A stretch of 64,000 nucleotides of DNA from Glycera tridactyla. Lineage: Eukaryota. Positions 59,449-64,000 of this stretch are shown piece by piece. How positions within the stretch are numbered: the first letter of the stretch is position 1; the number at the start of each line of letters is the position of its first letter. Position numbers and translations under genes: made by a program. The stretch is from positions 48,422,001-48,486,000 of the forward strand of contig OZ286462.1 in assembly GCA_965644265.1 (NCBI GenBank). The letters are read 5' to 3'. Under the pieces are notes generated by a model. It was not told the origin of the DNA. It ran no database searches and saw nothing but the letters and a program-made list of their open reading frames with translations.

Positions 59449-60290
59449 TTAGCTCATCTGGCCGAAGGCTGATGAGCTTATGCCATCACGCGGCGTCCGT
59501 CGTCCGTCGTCCGTCGTCCGTCGTCCGTCGTCCGTCGTCTGTCGTCCGTCGTCCGTCGTCGTCCACAATTCACAGACATTGCATCTCCTCCCTCATTTCT
59601 AGATAGATTTTTATTCTGATTGATTTAATAGACAGAACCAAGCATTACACACACATCCTGGTCATGTTTTGTGTGAAATTGTCATTAATGACTTAGTAAT
59701 CAGGCTAATTAAGTGATTATGCAAGAATCACCAAAAACGTATCTCCTCCCTCAATTTTTGATGGATTTTGATTCTGATTGTTTTATTGGTGAGATATAAG
59801 CGTTGCCCACAAAAGTTGGTCGGCTTTTTCGAAAATTCCTTTTCACAACTCGGTAATTAGGCTAATTGTGTCACACCTAATTGGGTTTCCAGCTAAAAAT
59901 CACAAAAAATGTATCTCCTCCCTCAATTCTCAATGGATTTTGATTCTGATTGTTTCATTGGTTAGAATCAACCATTGCACACAGATCCTAGTCACATTTT
60001 GTGTGACTTTCTAAATAATGACTTGGTAATTAGGCTGATTGGGTCATTAGCCATGGGTCACTAAAATTGTATCTCTTTCTTCAATTCTTGATGGATTTTG
60101 ATTATGATTGTTTTATTGGTGAGAAAAGAGCATTGGGCATAAAGCCTGGTCATGTTTTGTGTGAAATTATTGTTGATAAATTGGCAATTAGGCCACTTTG
60201 CTCACATTTGTGTACAAGCCTAACTTGCTTAAGAGTGCACATTCTTGAAATAGTTGAAATCAACGCATATCATTCGCTGAGTCTCTATTG
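59449..60290 (+). mobile_element. HINE-like element with a (CCGTCGT)n microsatellite and degenerate internal repeats; a 3' fragment of the same family lies at about 62790-63015
   Basis: 5' TTAGCTCATCTGGCCGAAGGCTGATGAGCT hairpin, (CGTCCGT)n at 59495-59562, repeated TATCTCCTCCCTCA...TTTTGATTCTGATTG blocks. The 3' limit is approximate. Confidence 0.72.
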
Positions 60291-60499
60291 TGTGAGACCT
60301 CTCCGTAATGAACGCACTCCTCTGGGCTTTGCTTTCATCATTATGTAAGGTTCTCCAGTGGTAAACAGCTATTGAATTCTTTAACAATGACTAGGGTGTT
60401 GATTTCATCCTTTACTTCCCTTGCCCTTCCCATTCCTAATTGATTAAAAAAACTAGGCCTGTAGGCCTGAAATGGTAAGCGGCAAGCGGATGAACTTGA

Positions 60500-61105
60500 T
60501 GGTTGGGTGGTTAGTTGGTGGGTCGCATGGTGGGTAGGTGGGTGGGTGTCGGTTGGTGGGTAGGTGGGTGGGTAGGTAGGTGGGTGAGTAGATAGGTGGG
60601 TGAATATATAGGTGGGTAGGTGGGTGGTGGGTGGGTAGGTAGGTGGGTAGGTAGGTGGGTGGGTAGGAGGTTGGGTAGGTGGGTAGGTAGATGGGTGTGG
60701 CGGTAGTTGGGTGGGTAGGTAGTTGGGTGGGTGGGTGGGTAGATGGGTGGGTAGGTAAGTGGGTGGGTAGTTGGGTAGGTAGGCATGGGTACGTCGATGG
60801 ATGGGTAGCTTGGTAGCTGGGTGGGTAGGTTGGTGGGTAGGTGGGTGGGTGGACAGGTAAGTGGGTGGGTAGGTGGGTGCATAGATGGGTGGTTGGGTAG
60901 GTGGGTGGGCAGAAGGGCAGGTAGGTGGGTGGGTGGGTAGGTCAGTAGGTGGGTTGGTAGTTGGGTGGTGGGTGGGTGGGTAGGTAGACGAGTGGTTAGG
61001 TAGGTGGGTGGGTAGGTGGGTGGGTAGTTGGGTGGGTAGGTGGGTGGGTGGTTGGATGGGTAGGTGGGTGATTAGCTGGGTGAGGGTGTAGGTGGGTGGA
61101 TGGGT
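60500..61105. repeat. (GGTG/GGTA)n simple repeat running into an assembly gap
   Basis: Directly visible; it produces the spurious Pro/Thr/His ORFs. Confidence 0.95.
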
Positions 61106-64000
61106 NNNNNNNNNNNNNNNNNNNNNNNNNNNNNNNNNNNNNNNNNNNNNNNNNNNNNNNNNNNNNNNNNNNNNNNNNNNNNNNNNNNNNNNNNNNNNNN
61201 NNNNNNNNNNNNNNNNNNNNNNNNNNNNNNNNNNTGGGTGAGATACAATGTACAATAGAAGTCCATGTGGTGGGACCATGTGTACTGTGTTTACAAGATG
61301 CTGTTCCTGCTCAGGTGTTGGACAGCGTGTGTTGTGCCCAGCAGTGGCGGTGGTGGCCTGCGTTAGTCTGACTGGTGCGCCCTGCCTGCCAGCCACCCCT
61401 CTAGCTCCAGTGAGCTTGAGGAGGAGGAGGCGTGACAGCCGACTGTGTGCCTACAGCCAGTTTCATTCACAGTTGGGATAGGGGATAGGGGATAGGAAGT
61501 AAGGCCCAGTTAGTACAGAGCTATGGGAATGTGCGCGAGGCATCTGAACCTGGAACAGAGTTGAACACTGAGTACATACTGAAATGAGCACGCTGACCTA
61601 GCTAACCTGCACTGACCAACACACAAGCATGCATAGGAAGTGCTGCTGAAGCCTTTAATATGCCAGGTGTTACTGGAGTGAAATTCCATAAACAATCTCA
61701 GTCAATAGCCCAAATGTGAATCCGATGCCAGCTTCTATTTGCATTAACAATAAACAAACAACATGCATGCCATTTGATAATTTGATGGTCTACCTTGCTT
61801 GTATGAATGAATATTTGTAAAGTGGTCGAGAGTTTCATGCACTCTCTGTATCCCATGTCAGCTTATGGCAGCCCACGAATGTCAAAAATTGTTCACCTTT
61901 GTCTCTGTATCATTGCATATTGGTGAAATAACATCCAATTTCGGTCACCCAAATCAAACAATATATTTTTCATCTATTCAGTCATACCCTGAATGGGGTT
62001 CAAAATGCTGGCATTCCCTCACTTGGTAGGACCCTTTCAATTCCAGATAAACAAACACCACCGTTTTGCAATCTCAGCTAAGCACTTGCCCTGAATGTGG
62101 AATCCGGCCAAGGCCGTCTTACCACAATGAGTGNNNNNNNNNNNNNNNNNNNNNNNNNNNNNNNNNNNNNNNNNNNNNNNNNNNNNNNNNNNNNNNNNNN
62201 NNNNNNNNNNNNNNNNNNNNNNNNNNNNNNNNNNNNNNNNNNNNNNNNNNNNNNNNNNNNNNNNNNNNNNNNNNNNNNNNNNNNNNNNNNNNNGCTACCT
62301 GTGGGTACTACAGTAAAACCTGTCTTGGGAGACTGCCCCAAATACCAACGAAAAGTGGTCTCTCAAGACAGGTGGTCTCTCATTGGAGGTATATTTGACT
62401 ATGTCAAATAAAGAAAAGCTGATAAAGAGCGGACTCCCAGTAGAGGGTGGTCTCCTGAAAGAGGGGTCTCCCAAGACAGGTTTCACTGTATCTGAATAGA
62501 TAGTATCTAATGGCCACTAACAATTTCAGAGTTTGTATTGAATATGTATTGACAGCCCACCAACATTTGGCAATTACTACCAATGATAGTGGAACCTGTG
62601 ACGAGAGACCACCCTTCTGTCGAAAGAAGTGGTCTCTCTTCAGAGGTATATTTGACTATGTCAAATAGAAAAGCTGCCCTGCAAAAGTAGTCGTGCGTAG
62701 GAGGCGGTTTCTCATCAGGGGGTCTCTTGTGGCAGGTTTCACTGTTACAACTTGGGATCAGCTGGCCCTCAAATATTCAGCCAACATGGAGCCCTGGTGT
62801 GTCTGTCCTTCTCAATAAGCTGTGTGTATGCAAACTTTTCGTAATTCATGCCTTGGATTGCTTAGAACTAAGCATTGTGCACCCAACTTGGTTATATTTT
62901 GTCTGTAATTCTTGTTCGCAACTCGGTAATTAGGCCGATTGGGTCACTTTTCAAATTCAAATGCATATCATAGATGCAGGGTCAGATGAGCTTCGGTGTC
63001 ATTGACACTCTGGTTCTGATATTGAACCATAACTTATCCCAAAACCCGAAATGAATGGATAGAATGAATGTGGGCATTCCAATATAGGCTTTGGATGGTT
63101 GTGGTATGTTCGCACCCCCCTGCAAAATGCTCAGTCAGATACTAAACACTACTTGACATGTTTTCTTGAGTTTGCTGGAATTATGGTTAGGGTAACTGCA
63201 ACCTTTTTACCATGAAAGTTATGCAAAGAAATACAGGGCTCTATGCTAAAGGCCACCCTATTGCCACTGGCAGGCAGATTTGGCATTAGGGCAGGCAATT
63301 TTATCGCTGAGGGCTACCCTACTGGCAAAGGCACTGTGCTCAACGATAAGGGTTGCCCTACTAGCACAGGCAGGTAGGTAATTCTTTCTGATCTGCCTGC
63401 CCTATTGGCATGTACGCATCAATTATTCAATCTATGATTATATGAAGGAGGGCGGGTGAAAATGTTGGCCCGGGCAAGTAGAAATCCCACTTCGCCTGCC
63501 CAAGAGACAGCTGGAGAAAAAAAAGAGTTGATGTAGACCCCCCCCCCCCCCCCCCCCCAGGCAGGCATATTTGTTGTTAGGGCATGTGATTTCATCAGTC
63601 TGTCTACCTGATGGGCGGGTACCTAACCATTATTCAGTCTATGATTATATGCAGGAGGGCATGTGAACACAGGAGGTTCATTACAAGAAACTGTAGTGAA
63701 TCCTTCAAATTATGATTACCACAATGGCACATCGCTGGAGATTGCCTATCCTGCTTTCTCATTCAACGAACGTTTCAGCATAATATGGGTACATAGCAGA
63801 ACCGCTAACCATGGTAACTGAATCTCATTTGATGAAATGAGGGTGATTCTTTTGGCCTTCATTAGCTCATGCTGATATCATATATTCATATTAGCTACAT
63901 CGAAGTCCTGCAAGACTGCCAAATGCATTTATTGTTGCCACCAATATGCCTTCGCTGACATGGCAAAATTTGTACCAGACTTGTCAAGATTTGATTTATC

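Noticed and set aside
60341-61396. 351-aa Pro/Thr/His-rich ORF resembling extensin or mucin
   Set aside because: Translation of a (CCAC/CCTA)n repeat that spans an N gap.
56213-64000. JIP3 exon 2
   Set aside because: No splice-bounded ORF with the expected coiled-coil continuation was found; it probably lies beyond the window or in a gap.

Overview
Intron-rich, CpG-depleted animal DNA, most likely from a marine invertebrate (inferred from the repeat types), with three assembly gaps. It holds three protein-coding genes. (1) The last 8 coding exons of a TBC1D1/TBC1D4 (pollux)-type Rab-GAP on + (3625-16925). (2) A complete 19-exon AtuA/DUF1446-family gene on - (55687-28601, 643 aa as spliced by hand) with a likely mitochondrial presequence. 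(3) The first coding exon of a JIP3/JIP4 (sunday driver) kinesin adaptor on + (55913-56212), head-to-head with the AtuA-like gene across a 225-bp bidirectional promoter carrying NRF1, ETS, E-box and YY1 motifs. Introns and intergenic DNA are dense in mobile DNA: a near-full-length CR1/L2-group LINE with two 1-nt frameshifts and a 1.7-kb inter-ORF region, a 5'-truncated LINE, a 4.7-kb foldback hAT derivative built from two inverted transposase 3' ends (perfect 8-bp TSD), several hAT MITEs, about 20 pogo/Tigger-type MITEs, at least 4 Helentron-type (HINE) elements with internal satellite arrays (one with a 147-bp unit), a SINE-like family and simple repeats. I found no tRNA, rRNA or CRISPR array. 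The best leads are the mitochondrial AtuA-like gene with its shared promoter, the two-3'-end hAT foldback, and the LINE's structured inter-ORF region. All exon boundaries and alignments were done by eye.
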